This document shows, piece after piece, positions 1-9,830 of a stretch of DNA of 64,000 bases. The translations under genes were made by a program, and so were the position numbers. Within the stretch, counting starts at the first letter, position 1. Each line of letters opens with the position of its first letter. The stretch spans positions 305,146-369,145 of IMG/VR virus record IMGVR_UViG_3300045971_000577. One strand, written 5' to 3'. Under the pieces are notes generated by a model that did not search any database, was not told the DNA's origin, and worked only from the letters and a program-made list of their open reading frames with translations.

Positions 1-336
1 ACCAACTGTTGAAGTTGTACCATAAATACCGGCATTCACTCCAGTGTCTGATAGAGTGGTCGTTACAGGAGAAATTCCCGATCCAGTAATATCACCGACA
101 AGAGTAATAGGACCGTCTACAGGATCTTGCCAGGTTGTGGTACCAACACCGTCGGTTGTTAGGACTTGTCCTGGATTACCAGCGATTAGTGGATAACTAT
201 TTCCGGTAATTATTACCGGATTGCCGCCGTTAACAATCGGAAAGTTATTTGTTGTAAGTGGACCGCCGAGAGTCGGTGACGTATCAACTACAACATCGGT
301 ATTGGCTTTTAACAGTGTGCTGACTTTGATTACCAT
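1..336 (-). CDS. Tail fibre / virion structural protein, N-terminal part (runs off the left edge)
   Basis: ATG at 336, open to position 1: MVIKVSTLLKANTDVVVDTSPTLGGPL...GNPGQVLTTDGVGTTTWQD. DTSPTLGG and GQVLTTDG motifs are typical of phage fibres. Late box at 365-372. Not in the ORF track. Confidence 0.7.
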   Translation of the reverse strand, partial: MVIKVSTLLKANTDVVVDTSPTLGGPLTTNNFPIVNGGNPVIITGNSYPLIAGNPGQVLTTDGVGTTTWQDPVDGPITLVGDITGSGISPVTTTLSDTGVNAGIYGTTSTVG

Positions 337-364
337 GCGTTCCGATTCCTAATAGGCTTTTTCA

Positions 365-372
365 TATTTATC
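365..372 (-). promoter_or_regulatory. T4-type late promoter variant GATAAATA
   Basis: TATTTATC on +, upstream of a structural gene; the same octamer recurs before other late operons. Confidence 0.6.
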
Positions 373-456
373 ACAAATGTGAAAAATTTACACCCGTTTA
401 TTGTATGTCGGGTGAATCGAGTCGCTATATACCGGCGGGCATACCCTGCCACACTA

Positions 457-1029
457 TTATCCTATAACTATTCTGCCCGACATTTGAACTCCGTTCAATA
501 TGGATCGGCCCGGGGATGAAGATCCGATACCAGAAAATCCGGCAGCACTGTCAACATCGACTTCTACACTAAATGTTCCAGGACCGGAATAAGTATGTGT
601 AGGATTTTGCAAGGTACTTGTGCCTCCGTCGCCAAATCTCCAAGCCCATTGTGTTATGCCACCACCCGAGGGACCGCTGAATGCCCATGTCTGTGTAGTC
701 GATGGAACGTATACAGAAGAGGTTATTGTTGTACTGGCGGTCGGGTCAACTGTAATAGTAAAACTTGATGTTACCGGGGTTATGATATTAACATCAGTGT
801 TATATGTCATCACAGGATAATATATACCAGCTAACGAATATATATGGGCGGTAGTGAACTGTGTTGTACCAATTCCTCCGCTCTGGGTATAATCGGTAGA
901 TCCATCGCCGAAGACAATCCGAATGTTATAGATATAGCTGGCTGCAAAACTAGCCTGGCCATGATATGTTACGTCGAGTGGCACGGCGCCACTCGACGGT
1001 GTTGCTGTATTGAGTATTGCTACTGGCAT
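457..1029 (-). CDS. PKD (Ig-like) domain virion decoration protein
   Basis: Two PKD motifs (FGDGS..; WAWRFGDGGTSTLQNPTHTYSGPGTFSV). Confidence 0.8.
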   Translation of the reverse strand: MPVAILNTATPSSGAVPLDVTYHGQASFAASYIYNIRIVFGDGSTDYTQSGGIGTTQFTTAHIYSLAGIYYPVMTYNTDVNIITPVTSSFTITVDPTASTTITSSVYVPSTTQTWAFSGPSGGGITQWAWRFGDGGTSTLQNPTHTYSGPGTFSVEVDVDSAAGFSGIGSSSPGRSILNGVQMSGRIVIG

Positions 1030-1030
1030 G

Positions 1031-1432
1031 TCAATCCTTTATTATTATGTCATAGCAAATTCTAAAAACTTGTCTATAATCGGCTGTTATTTCTTCATCT
1101 ATATGTATATCTCTAATAGCGATTAATAAATAATCGCCAGTAGCGTAAATATATGCGTTAGCGTCCAATGAATGATTTAGATACCGACCGGCCTGTGTTG
1201 TATAATTATCAATAGTAGCAGATTCTATAATACTACCCATTTCAATAAAGTTCTTTGCAAAAAGTCCTAATCCCTCAATATTACTATTTCTAACTTCGGT
1301 ATTCAATAACCTGCATTCTTTATAAAACGTTGGATTTTTTAGTTTGTCTTCGGCGATGTCCTTAGATAGGCTGAGCGATTCTATTATGCGAATATAGTCT
1401 TGATGATTTACATCAAGCATGTCATGCTGCAT
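1031..1432 (-). CDS. SET-domain protein (putative lysine methyltransferase)
   Basis: SNIEGLGLFAK, GRYLNHS, AIRDIHIDEEITADY = canonical SET motifs. Confidence 0.85.
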   Translation of the reverse strand: MQHDMLDVNHQDYIRIIESLSLSKDIAEDKLKNPTFYKECRLLNTEVRNSNIEGLGLFAKNFIEMGSIIESATIDNYTTQAGRYLNHSLDANAYIYATGDYLLIAIRDIHIDEEITADYRQVFRICYDIIIKD

Positions 1433-2288
1433 TATTAGGAAACGATCTACCAGAACCCCATATTACTCTGACGGCGCCGTGAGCACCGTTGCCGCCAGTA
1501 TATGTAGGTTGTAAACGAGTTCCTCCTGCGCCAACCACAACAGTGTAGTCACTACCGGGTGTTACAGAAATATTATTATACCATCCTAGTCCGCCGCCAC
1601 CACCACCGTAACCGACCGCGAAGCCGCCTGAACCGCCGCCGCCGTAGAGTCCGCCGTCGCCGGTGTGACGACCTGCAGAGTTTCCCGAATCAGCAGCAGA
1701 ACCCGTTGCGCCGGCAGAACCGCCTTCGCCCGGTGAGCCAAAACTGCCGGATCCTGCAGCGCCGCCGGCGCCGTTAGTTCCCTGCCCATACAATCCTACA
1801 CCACCACCACCACCGCCCCATCCGGTGGTGGTGGTGGCTGGACCGCAACCCGCACCACCACCACCACCACCGGATCCTGATTGCCCTGCAGAGTTATATG
1901 TTGTACCATTGCCACCATTGCCGATATATCCGCCGGCACCAGCACCGGTTACAGGACCACCATGGCCCCCATTACCGCCGCCCTGCCCGGTATATGATCC
2001 ACCTGCGCCGCCGCTGGGTGAAACACCTTTAAGGCCGCCGGTGCCGGAAACTATAGCCGAATCCCAAAAATATGATATACTGCCATCACTACCGCCGGTG
2101 GTGCCGGTGGCACCACCTCCCCAGCCGCCGCCACCGATACAGACAGCACATACTGATGTTACCCCCGCTGGTACAGTAAACGTATATGTACCCGGTGTTG
2201 TGAATAATTGTTCAGATGATAGTGGTGCAGATTCTGCTGATAATACAACTCTGCCCGATGTGAAGATGCTATTTAGATTTACCGACAT
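1422..2288 (-). CDS. Glycine-rich virion protein
   Basis: FTTPGTYTFTVPAGVTSVCAVCIGGGG...GAVRVIWG architecture of phage Gly-rich domains. Confidence 0.8.
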   Translation of the reverse strand: MSVNLNSIFTSGRVVLSAESAPLSSEQLFTTPGTYTFTVPAGVTSVCAVCIGGGGWGGGATGTTGGSDGSISYFWDSAIVSGTGGLKGVSPSGGAGGSYTGQGGGNGGHGGPVTGAGAGGYIGNGGNGTTYNSAGQSGSGGGGGGAGCGPATTTTGWGGGGGGVGLYGQGTNGAGGAAGSGSFGSPGEGGSAGATGSAADSGNSAGRHTGDGGLYGGGGSGGFAVGYGGGGGGLGWYNNISVTPGSDYTVVVGAGGTRLQPTYTGGNGAHGAVRVIWGSGRSFPNNAA

Positions 2289-2310
2289 ATATGTCCTTTA
2301 AGAGTCTGTA

Positions 2311-2318
2311 TATTTATC
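2311..2318 (-). promoter_or_regulatory. Late promoter GATAAATA
   Basis: TATTTATC upstream of the AAGGA RBS and the ATG at 2288. Confidence 0.6.
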
Positions 2319-2400
2319 GCGCAAAGGTAAAAAGAAGTACCGTGGACAGAAGAAAGAAAAGCTGCTCGAAGAAAATTACTAGCAGAAAAATTTAGCCAAG

Positions 2401-2430
2401 AAAAAAGCCCCGATTAAGGGGCTTTTTGTT
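2401..2430 (-). terminator. Rho-independent terminator after the major capsid gene
   Basis: AAAAAAGCCCC-GATTAA-GGGGCTTTTT hairpin with flanking A/T tracts. Confidence 0.85.
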
Positions 2431-2466
2431 TCTATTACACTTTCCGTAATATCAATCCAATGCAGA

Positions 2467-3639
2467 TTAATAAAACTTCAATGTCGAGCTGTCAATACCA
2501 ACCTTCGACAAATAGTCAGCTGCGTTACCGAAGCTGTTTGCTGTGTTAGTAAGTTCTAGGTAGCCGTAACGTGTCATGAACGATACAACTGGTTCGAACG
2601 TTTGTGGATCCATAACTGGACCGACGCTCATCAATGGAATGTATGGGCAGTAGTAAGCTGCGGCGTCAGTTTCTGTAGGACCCTTGTAACCCATAAGGAT
2701 TGGGTCGCCATCGCTAGCGTACTGGTTGACATACACGCGCATTGTGCTGTTCAATGTACCAACAAACTTTGTGTTTGTAGGTGCTTCGAATGTACCTTCT
2801 GTGGTACGAGCAAACGACGATGTTGTTGCAGACTGAAGAATTGTCAACGCTGTTGGCGAAACAACTGCCCAGTTAGCAGCACCACGACGTGTGCGTGCAG
2901 CAATCAAGTTGGCCTGCTGGTTGATCATAACTGCTAGCGCAGCCATTTCATCACCAACGTATGTAGCTGTACCAGATACAGCGGCTTGGTTGAATGTTGT
3001 TGGAGCGACAGGAACTAGAGCGCCTAGCTTGTAGAGCATTTCCTGGTCGATTTCAACTGTGATTTCTTGTGCAAGAGCTTGCATGATTTCAGCTTCGATG
3101 TCGATACCGTGAATAGCATTAGCATCTTGAGCGGCTTCGAATGTCCAACGAGCAGATAGTCTGCGTGTCTTAGCTTCGACAGTCTCTTTCAAGATCTGAA
3201 TGCTCATCTTGTTACCTGGTACACCTTCCATACGTGCTGTAGAAGCAGCAGCAGGGTCAGCTTGAACTTCGTTACCCGAATATGCCTTAGCAATTTCGAA
3301 TGGACCAAGAGCTTCTGTACCAGCTGTTACACCAGCGGCTGTGTTTGCATAGCGAACACGAAGAGTGTGGATCTGACCGACGGGGCCTGTCATTGGCTGA
3401 ACGCCCATGATTTCGTTAGCGATAACGGTAGGCATAACACGACGGATTAGGGGTAGCATCACCTTGTTTAGTACAGCGATGTTACCAGCTTGTGTAGCAC
3501 CTGCGGTTGCCGATTCAGCCAAGTAACGACGAGTGTTTTCAAACACGACGTCCATGGACTGTCTACGGGTACCCGAAAGGCCTTCTAGAAGGGCTTCTTT
3601 TGTTGCGCCCCAGTTTGATTCAAATAGCTTTGTTGCCAT
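2467..3639 (-). CDS. gp23: Major capsid protein (T4 gp23 family)
   Basis: LIRRVMPTVIANEIMGVQPMTGPVGQI, VEAKTRRLSARWTFEAAQD, YYCPYIPL, FMTRYG. Confidence 0.97.
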   Translation of the reverse strand: MATKLFESNWGATKEALLEGLSGTRRQSMDVVFENTRRYLAESATAGATQAGNIAVLNKVMLPLIRRVMPTVIANEIMGVQPMTGPVGQIHTLRVRYANTAAGVTAGTEALGPFEIAKAYSGNEVQADPAAASTARMEGVPGNKMSIQILKETVEAKTRRLSARWTFEAAQDANAIHGIDIEAEIMQALAQEITVEIDQEMLYKLGALVPVAPTTFNQAAVSGTATYVGDEMAALAVMINQQANLIAARTRRGAANWAVVSPTALTILQSATTSSFARTTEGTFEAPTNTKFVGTLNSTMRVYVNQYASDGDPILMGYKGPTETDAAAYYCPYIPLMSVGPVMDPQTFEPVVSFMTRYGYLELTNTANSFGNAADYLSKVGIDSSTLKFY

Positions 3640-3655
3640 TGTAAAATTCTCCTAT

Positions 3656-4777
3656 TTACTTTCTGATTCCGGCTAAGGATAAAATCTTCTTTAGATCCGA
3701 AGAGTCCGATTCGGCATCTTCGACTTGAGCGACCTCCGCTCTATTACCTGTCTTTGCAGACAATGTTGCTTCGTTCAACTGTGGCTTTGCAGCTACAGGT
3801 TTACGTTCTACAGCTTCATTTAGAACGCTTGGTAGGTATTTGTTGTACTGACCTTGCAAATTCTTTGTCTGAACTGATTCAAGCAATTCCTTCATTACAG
3901 CCTTCTTGTCTTTCGACAATGGGGCCAGTAACTCGCTCATAACTTTTTGTCTTTCAACTAGGTCCTGAGTTGCCTTCAACTTGGTGTCCATGCCTTCCAT
4001 TACTGTCTTTGTCTTCTTTACCGACTCTTTTAGGGTCGACAATTCAGCAGTCTTGGACTCTAGAACCTTCTGCATCTTGCGTAGTTCAGTGCCTTCGTTT
4101 AGATACGAAGTCATGAATTCAGCTGCGAAGCTTTCAAACATCTTGCGACCGAACTCGTTTTCGCGGGCGACACGAATGTCATCCTTAAATTGACCGATTT
4201 CAGAACGCAGAGTCTTTTCAATGTTAGACTCGACGATTGTTGCTGCACGCTTGATAAACTGTGCCTTTGTTTCTTGTAGCTTCTTGTTACCTTCGGCAAC
4301 CATCTTGACTTTCTGTTCCACTAGGGACTTCTTGTCAGCACGGAACTCGCGAATTTCTTCTGCAAGTTGCTTCAATAGGAAGTTCTCAAGCTTCTTGAAG
4401 TTTTCCTTCATTGCTGACTTCTCAGCGTGAAACTCTTTCATTTCCTTAGCTACGGCTTCTGTAACGAACTTGTTTAGCATTCCTGTGTGTTCGACGAGTT
4501 TGCTCTTGTAAGCAACACGTTCTTCGACAAGTTTTCTCTTGTCACTGGCGAATTCTTCGAGTTCAACGCGGACCTTGTCTGTCAAGAAACGATCCATTGA
4601 CTCAACCAAAACTCCCTTGTCATGTTCAAACTTGCGTGCAAATTCCTCGCGGAGTGTTGCAGCAACTTCTTCACGTGCTTCGGTGATCTTTGATTCCCAC
4701 AATCCAACGATCTGATTGCGGATGTCTTCGGATAGCCCAACGCTTTCGCTCAAGATCTCATCTATTTTTTTTGCCAT
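3656..4777 (-). CDS. gp22: Prohead core scaffolding protein (gp22-like)
   Basis: Long E/K-rich coiled coil, FGRKMFESF motif, position between protease and capsid genes. Confidence 0.85.
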   Translation of the reverse strand: MAKKIDEILSESVGLSEDIRNQIVGLWESKITEAREEVAATLREEFARKFEHDKGVLVESMDRFLTDKVRVELEEFASDKRKLVEERVAYKSKLVEHTGMLNKFVTEAVAKEMKEFHAEKSAMKENFKKLENFLLKQLAEEIREFRADKKSLVEQKVKMVAEGNKKLQETKAQFIKRAATIVESNIEKTLRSEIGQFKDDIRVARENEFGRKMFESFAAEFMTSYLNEGTELRKMQKVLESKTAELSTLKESVKKTKTVMEGMDTKLKATQDLVERQKVMSELLAPLSKDKKAVMKELLESVQTKNLQGQYNKYLPSVLNEAVERKPVAAKPQLNEATLSAKTGNRAEVAQVEDAESDSSDLKKILSLAGIRK

Positions 4778-4788
4778 CTTGAGTTCTC

Positions 4789-5424
4789 CTATTGTATCTT
4801 TAACTCTTGAATAAATCGATGAAGGTCCTTAACAAGCTGTTTTTGTGCGGTGGCTTCTGTAAGTGCTTCCCTTGCGGTTGTCACAATACGCGAACCACCC
4901 TTCATGTTAAAAAGACTTTCGTATATCGTTCTTGGAAATGCATTTGGTGCACTTGGTTGTGCCACGATGTCAACAGTTACAATTTCAAAATCTGAAACTG
5001 CACCATCGTCACCAACATTACCAGAACCACGGGATGAAACCCCCAACTTTGCACCCGAAAGTAACAATGTCTTAACTATGTTACCCATCGGAGTTGGAAC
5101 AATCTTCAACTTACCGTATCCATCAGCACCTTCAATCCACATTTCTGTGATAAGGTGTGCGACGCGGTCAAGGTTAATAGAGAGCTCTTCCGGATGGTCG
5201 AGTTCTCCCATTACTGTATGACCGGTACTTAACTTTTCTGTGATAGAGTTTACAGCGCGGGCAATCTCTCGGGCTGGATAAACACGCTGGTTTTGGTTTC
5301 TTACGTCACCCTGGATAAAGATCCCTTTCATGCAGAGATCCTTACCACCAGCTTTGTTATCTTCTTCAAGAAGTTGAACGTGTGCCTTGTCGAAAGACAG
5401 GAACTCGTACAGTTTATTTGCCAT
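4789..5424 (-). CDS. gp21: Prohead core protease (gp21)
   Basis: GIFIQGDVRNQNQRVYP, GELDHP, GVSSRGSG, DIVAQPSAPNA. Confidence 0.95.
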   Translation of the reverse strand: MANKLYEFLSFDKAHVQLLEEDNKAGGKDLCMKGIFIQGDVRNQNQRVYPAREIARAVNSITEKLSTGHTVMGELDHPEELSINLDRVAHLITEMWIEGADGYGKLKIVPTPMGNIVKTLLLSGAKLGVSSRGSGNVGDDGAVSDFEIVTVDIVAQPSAPNAFPRTIYESLFNMKGGSRIVTTAREALTEATAQKQLVKDLHRFIQELKIQ

Positions 5425-5438
5425 TTCTGTTTTCTACC

Positions 5439-6494
5439 TTACGCTGGCTTCTTCGAAAGAGGAGACTTTGTAAATCCTGGACCTGCAGCCTTACCACCAG
5501 TAAACTTAGCAGTTGTGTCAGCCTTTACGCCATTCTTCTTTGGCTCTAGACCCACGTTGTCAGTGATTGTTTCGTCCTTAGCAGAGTCACCATGGTACTT
5601 GCCGTATTCGCCGCCAGTTCCGCCGTTGCCGCCGATCTTGGTTGGGCTTCCGCCGTAGTCCTTACGAGCAGGAATGCTTGTGTAAGGTGACTTACCTTGT
5701 TCGGCACCAAGAGTCATACCCTTGCCTGTACCTACTAGCTTTGCGGTGCCGCGTTGGCCGGTATCAGCAACCTTGTTCAGGAACTTGGTTTCTTCGTCGA
5801 CCTTCTTTTCGCCCTTCTTCTTTAGCTCGCCCTTCTTTACTTCGGGGGCCTTCTTTAGTTCAGGCTTCTTTTTCTTTTCGAACATTGTGGCAACTACTTC
5901 GCCGACAACTTTTTCTTCGCCGCCCATTCCGCCCATGCCTGGTGCGTCGCCCATTTCGTCCCCGCCGAAATCATCAGCTGGTTCTACTTCGTCTTCTCCG
6001 CCAAACTCGTCATCCATGCCCATATCGGCGTGGTTAGGTTCTTGCATTTCTTCGCCCATTAGTGCGTCGAATTCTGCACGAAGATCAGCAAGTTGAGACT
6101 CTAGGTCTTCAATGCGATCTTCTGTGGAACCTTCGCTTTCCTCGCCGCCGAATGGGTCATCACCCTCGTCATCGCTTTCTTCGTCGCTTTCTTCGTCGTC
6201 GAATTCGCTGTCGTCGCCACCGGCTTCGCCAGCGTTCTGTTCGTCTGCGTCGATTTCTTCTTTGTCTGATCCGATTTCGTCTGTGAAATCTTTATTTGGT
6301 TCGCCACCGACTTCATCTGCTTCATCAAGCTTTTCATCTTCATCTTCGACTTCTTCTTCGTCGACAATGCTTTCATAGATGACACGAGCTTTTTCTACAA
6401 TGATCTGATGGAGAATTTCAGCGGCTTGTTCTGAGTCTTCCGATAGTAGAAGATCCAAAACCTGTTCAAGCTTTTGTTGTTGTGACATGCCCAA
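5439..6494 (-). CDS. Acidic prohead core / internal head protein
   Basis: Very D/E-rich N-half, K/G-rich C-tail, located in the head operon with an AAGGAGAG RBS. Confidence 0.6.
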   Translation of the reverse strand: MGMSQQQKLEQVLDLLLSEDSEQAAEILHQIIVEKARVIYESIVDEEEVEDEDEKLDEADEVGGEPNKDFTDEIGSDKEEIDADEQNAGEAGGDDSEFDDEESDEESDDEGDDPFGGEESEGSTEDRIEDLESQLADLRAEFDALMGEEMQEPNHADMGMDDEFGGEDEVEPADDFGGDEMGDAPGMGGMGGEEKVVGEVVATMFEKKKKPELKKAPEVKKGELKKKGEKKVDEETKFLNKVADTGQRGTAKLVGTGKGMTLGAEQGKSPYTSIPARKDYGGSPTKIGGNGGTGGEYGKYHGDSAKDETITDNVGLEPKKNGVKADTTAKFTGGKAAGPGFTKSPLSKKPA

Positions 6495-6542
6495 TCTCTC
6501 CTTGGTTGTTAGTTCAAAGTACCACTTCTGTGGTATTCTAGG

Positions 6543-6550
6543 TATTTAAC
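6543..6550 (-). promoter_or_regulatory. Late promoter variant GTTAAATA of the head operon
   Basis: TATTTAAC about 50 bp upstream of the 6494 start. Confidence 0.45.
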
Positions 6551-6598
6551 CCGGAGAGAGGGATTGGGTGGTGATATAGCCGAAAAAGAGGCTGAAAT

Positions 6599-7162
6599 TT
6601 AGATATAGAAGAATTTGTCGGGATATTTATTAACCCAACTACTAATTGTCTTAGGACTAATTTTATAAAATTCGGCTGCCGATTTTCTGCTATCAAACTT
6701 TCCAACAGGTGTAGAAATATACTTACTGTTCTTACCTATGGAATTTTTACTCATTAAGTCTCGAGTCATTGCAGATTTAGTCTTACCTAAATCTCTCCCT
6801 TTACTTAATTTACTAAGAAATTGTTTAGTATCATCACTATGTCTGAATGTTTTCATTCTTTCGCGCTGAAGATTACTGAACTTTTTCTTTAACCATCCAT
6901 ATCGTTTATTGCTACTTCTTTGCCCCTGTAAATTTAGGCACATCATATTAGCGGCGTATATTAATTTAGAACAAAATGGATAAATCTTTATCAGTAGAAG
7001 ATGGGCAGTATAATGTTCCTCCGGCGTTAACTCTACTATATTATCTGGTGCATTATTTCCTCCCATACATCTGGGAATAATATGATGTCTTTCGACATAA
7101 CTATCCAAAGTTCTACGTTTGGCTCTGTCTATCAGAGTTGTGTAGTGCATTAAATAATTCAT
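6599..7162 (-). CDS. HNH homing endonuclease (T4 MobE-like, NUMOD/HTH tail)
   Basis: ERHHIIPRCMGGNNAPDNIVELTPEEHYTAHLLL; HSDDTKQ; C-terminal SRKSAAEFYKISPKTI. Confidence 0.9.
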   Translation of the reverse strand: MNYLMHYTTLIDRAKRRTLDSYVERHHIIPRCMGGNNAPDNIVELTPEEHYTAHLLLIKIYPFCSKLIYAANMMCLNLQGQRSSNKRYGWLKKKFSNLQRERMKTFRHSDDTKQFLSKLSKGRDLGKTKSAMTRDLMSKNSIGKNSKYISTPVGKFDSRKSAAEFYKISPKTISSWVNKYPDKFFYI

Positions 7163-7201
7163 AAATATTTAGCTCTGGACAGCGCCAGATAAAAAACTGC
7201 T

Positions 7202-7441
7202 TTATAGGCCAGGGAGGCCGCCGGCGCCACCGCCTGCATCGCCTTCTGCGGATGCGCCGTACATATCGGGCAAGAAGTTGAGGTGCTGAGCTTTTTCATA
7301 TTTCTCAGCATCTCTAGATTTTCTCAACTTCTGAATGTGCATCATTGTTAGACGTGGTCGGCGCGTATCGTCCATATGAGCCTGTCCGAGTTCATCGTCG
7401 GAAGGATCGTAAAATTCTACTAAAAGTTCGGCAGCCCGCAT
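7202..7441 (-). CDS. Small head-module hypothetical protein
   Basis: 79-aa ORF with its own late box (7466-7473), DDTRRPRLT motif, in the portal-head cluster. Confidence 0.7.
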   Translation of the reverse strand: MRAAELLVEFYDPSDDELGQAHMDDTRRPRLTMMHIQKLRKSRDAEKYEKAQHLNFLPDMYGASAEGDAGGGAGGLPGL

Positions 7442-7473
7442 AAATATACCTTATAACATCACAAGTATTTATC
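7439..7473. promoter_or_regulatory. Pair of opposed late boxes
   Basis: CATAAATA (+, 7439-7446) and GATAAATA (-, 7466-7473). Confidence 0.5.
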
Positions 7474-7475
7474 AT

Positions 7476-8117
7476 ATGAACTATCAAAAAATTTACGAAC
7501 AAATAATAATGCGTGCCAAAAGTAGAATTCTTAATGAATATAGCGAAACGCATCATATCACCCCGAAGTGTCTTGGCGGGAATAATGATAAGAGTAATCT
7601 AGTAAATCTTACACCCGAAGAGCATTTTATTGCTCATCAGTTACTTGTAAAAATGTATCCAACACACGAGGGATTATTATTCGCCCTAAGATTTATGGCT
7701 ACAAAAAATGCAAAACATAAAAGAAATAATAAAGAATATGGTTGGATCAAAAGACGAATTTCTGCACTAAGAAAAGATCATACATTATCTGTTGGCGAAA
7801 AGAACGGTATGTTCGGTAAAAAGCATACTCAAGAAACTAAACAAAAGCAATCAGAAAAGGCTAAAGAGAGAGATCCATCGTTCTATGATTTTGCAAGATT
7901 GCCTAAAGCAGATTCACATAAGAAAAGTATGCAGAAATCTAGACAGGTATGTCGATATATTCTTACAGATCCTGCCGGTAAGGAACATATATTTGACAGA
8001 ATAGCAGACGCAAGTAAGTTTTGCGGAATATCTAATTCAGTTTTAGTAAAGCTCGCCGGAAATCGATATATGTTTGATCATTGCAGAAATTGGAAAATTT
8101 CTGCAATGCCTCTATAA
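7476..8117 (+). CDS. HNH homing endonuclease (MobE-like, NUMOD3)
   Basis: MNYQKIY..ETHHITPKCLGGNNDKSNLVNLTPEEHFIAHQLL; GEKNGMFGKKHTQETKQK. Confidence 0.9.
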   Translation: MNYQKIYEQIIMRAKSRILNEYSETHHITPKCLGGNNDKSNLVNLTPEEHFIAHQLLVKMYPTHEGLLFALRFMATKNAKHKRNNKEYGWIKRRISALRKDHTLSVGEKNGMFGKKHTQETKQKQSEKAKERDPSFYDFARLPKADSHKKSMQKSRQVCRYILTDPAGKEHIFDRIADASKFCGISNSVLVKLAGNRYMFDHCRNWKISAMPL

Positions 8118-9830
8118 TCACTGATCTCCGAAACTATCTACTTCAGGTGTCGATACATCCGGTGTAGTCGGATCTTCCATTTCACCATCATCTGGCGTCA
8201 TGTCGTCGATACCGGAGCTTGTAATACCTACATCAGATAGTCCGCCTGCAGCACTTCCACCGCCGCCACCTGCATTTTCATCAGGGAATGTCTTTGTAAG
8301 TCTGCTACGCTCTTCCTTCCACATACGCTCATTCTCGGCAAGTTCGCCTTCTGTCCAACCTAAGTAACGCTTCAAGATGAAACGCTTAGATACAAACGAA
8401 ATATCTGTCAATGCGGTAAACGTGTTGATCTTTGCAGAATCAAGTTCAAGCTGACGATATTCAGAGAACGATTGTGGTGGTGTAAATTCAAGTTCAAACA
8501 AACTGTTGTCAATTGTCACACCACGGTGCTTCAAAAACAACTTGAACTCTTGATCGATAGGTTCAATCACCTGCTGCTGGTAACGAGATACAACCTTAGC
8601 AAATCTAAATTCTTGAATAAATGCTGTACCTACTTTACCATCAGTAATAGCTGCGGTTCCATCCTCCGGACCTGTCGGCAAGTACGAACTAGGAACTCCT
8701 AACGCACGCATCATCTTATTGTTGAAATAACGCAAGTCATCAATGTCGCCTAGGTTTTCGCCACCTGGGAGAACTTCAACCTTAGATCCGCGGCCTTCGC
8801 TAGTTACAGCAAAGAAATAGTCTTCCAAGATAGACATAGGATTATAGGTAGAATCTACTACGTTGGCGCCGCCACCGGTTCTACTTGGAATACGCTTTTG
8901 TTGAACTTCATAACGAATACGTTCTAGGTACTGATTTGCCTTATTAGGTGGCATAGTACCTACGTCAATAAAGAATACACGACGCTCAGGGGCGCGGTGT
9001 ACACGATAGATAAGAATAGCGTCTTCGAGCAGTTCTTTCTGCTTGTAAACCTTGTAAATTTGCTCAAGTATGCTGAGGCCAAAGGGCCATGCAGCATTCA
9101 TACCTTCTGTCAGGGACAGTTGCACAATATGTTCGGCATCTACAGCCACGGCTCCACCGTCTTGATGGTTTGCTGTGCCTGCACCGCCGAAACCGCCGGA
9201 CACATAGTTCATATTACCTGCCATCGGCGGGGAGAAAACAATACTATTGGATCCAAATGCTTCATTTGAGAGCTTGTTAAGTTGATTTGTTGCAACCAGA
9301 CTTTTCATATTTAAGTCAATGTCTTTAACAAAATAACTTTCAATTTTCTTACCGTCAGATTCGTTTACGATTACTTTTTCAACCTTAGCTGGATCAATCC
9401 AGTACAACTTGAAAGATTCTGGATCGCGGATAAAAAATTGGTCGCCATAGACTAGAGTAGATCTGAAAATTCGCCATAGGCGTTTTGTCATCTTGTTCAG
9501 GCGGCACCATTGGCCTAGAGTTTTTTCTAGAATCTGTATTTCTGACGGAGTAGGTTCGTCGTTAAACTTCAACACAAGAGGAAGTTTTGTTACCTCGTCG
9601 CACTCTGTTCCAAAGTCAGCAATGGTATCTAATGCAGCACTAATTTCGTGATCGTAATTCATCTGATCGTAAACAGAATATCTCTGCAAACGATCAGGTG
9701 GGCCCGAATATACTTCCGGAAGCCAATTACTATATTTCGAAATAGATGCATAGGCAGAGGTTGAATCAACCGCTCTCTGTGCAACCGGTAACACCGAGTT
9801 AACGGGCTTGAAAAACTTACGCCAAGTCAT
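8118..9830 (-). CDS. gp20: Portal vertex protein (gp20)
   Basis: LLEDAILIYRVHRAPERRVFFIDVGTMP, SILEDYFF, GRGSKVEVLPGGENLG. Confidence 0.96.
   Translation of the reverse strand: MTWRKFFKPVNSVLPVAQRAVDSTSAYASISKYSNWLPEVYSGPPDRLQRYSVYDQMNYDHEISAALDTIADFGTECDEVTKLPLVLKFNDEPTPSEIQILEKTLGQWCRLNKMTKRLWRIFRSTLVYGDQFFIRDPESFKLYWIDPAKVEKVIVNESDGKKIESYFVKDIDLNMKSLVATNQLNKLSNEAFGSNSIVFSPPMAGNMNYVSGGFGGAGTANHQDGGAVAVDAEHIVQLSLTEGMNAAWPFGLSILEQIYKVYKQKELLEDAILIYRVHRAPERRVFFIDVGTMPPNKANQYLERIRYEVQQKRIPSRTGGGANVVDSTYNPMSILEDYFFAVTSEGRGSKVEVLPGGENLGDIDDLRYFNNKMMRALGVPSSYLPTGPEDGTAAITDGKVGTAFIQEFRFAKVVSRYQQQVIEPIDQEFKLFLKHRGVTIDNSLFELEFTPPQSFSEYRQLELDSAKINTFTALTDISFVSKRFILKRYLGWTEGELAENERMWKEERSRLTKTFPDENAGGGGGSAAGGLSDVGITSSGIDDMTPDDGEMEDPTTPDVSTPEVDSFGDQ

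Noticed and set aside
1559-2301. Pro-rich + strand ORFs (also 14554-15075, and the - strand ORFs at 43556-45890)
   Set aside because: Antisense shadows of Gly-rich genes
6599-8117. Group I introns housing the HNH genes
   Set aside because: Flanking genes are uninterrupted and there is no room for intron core sequence
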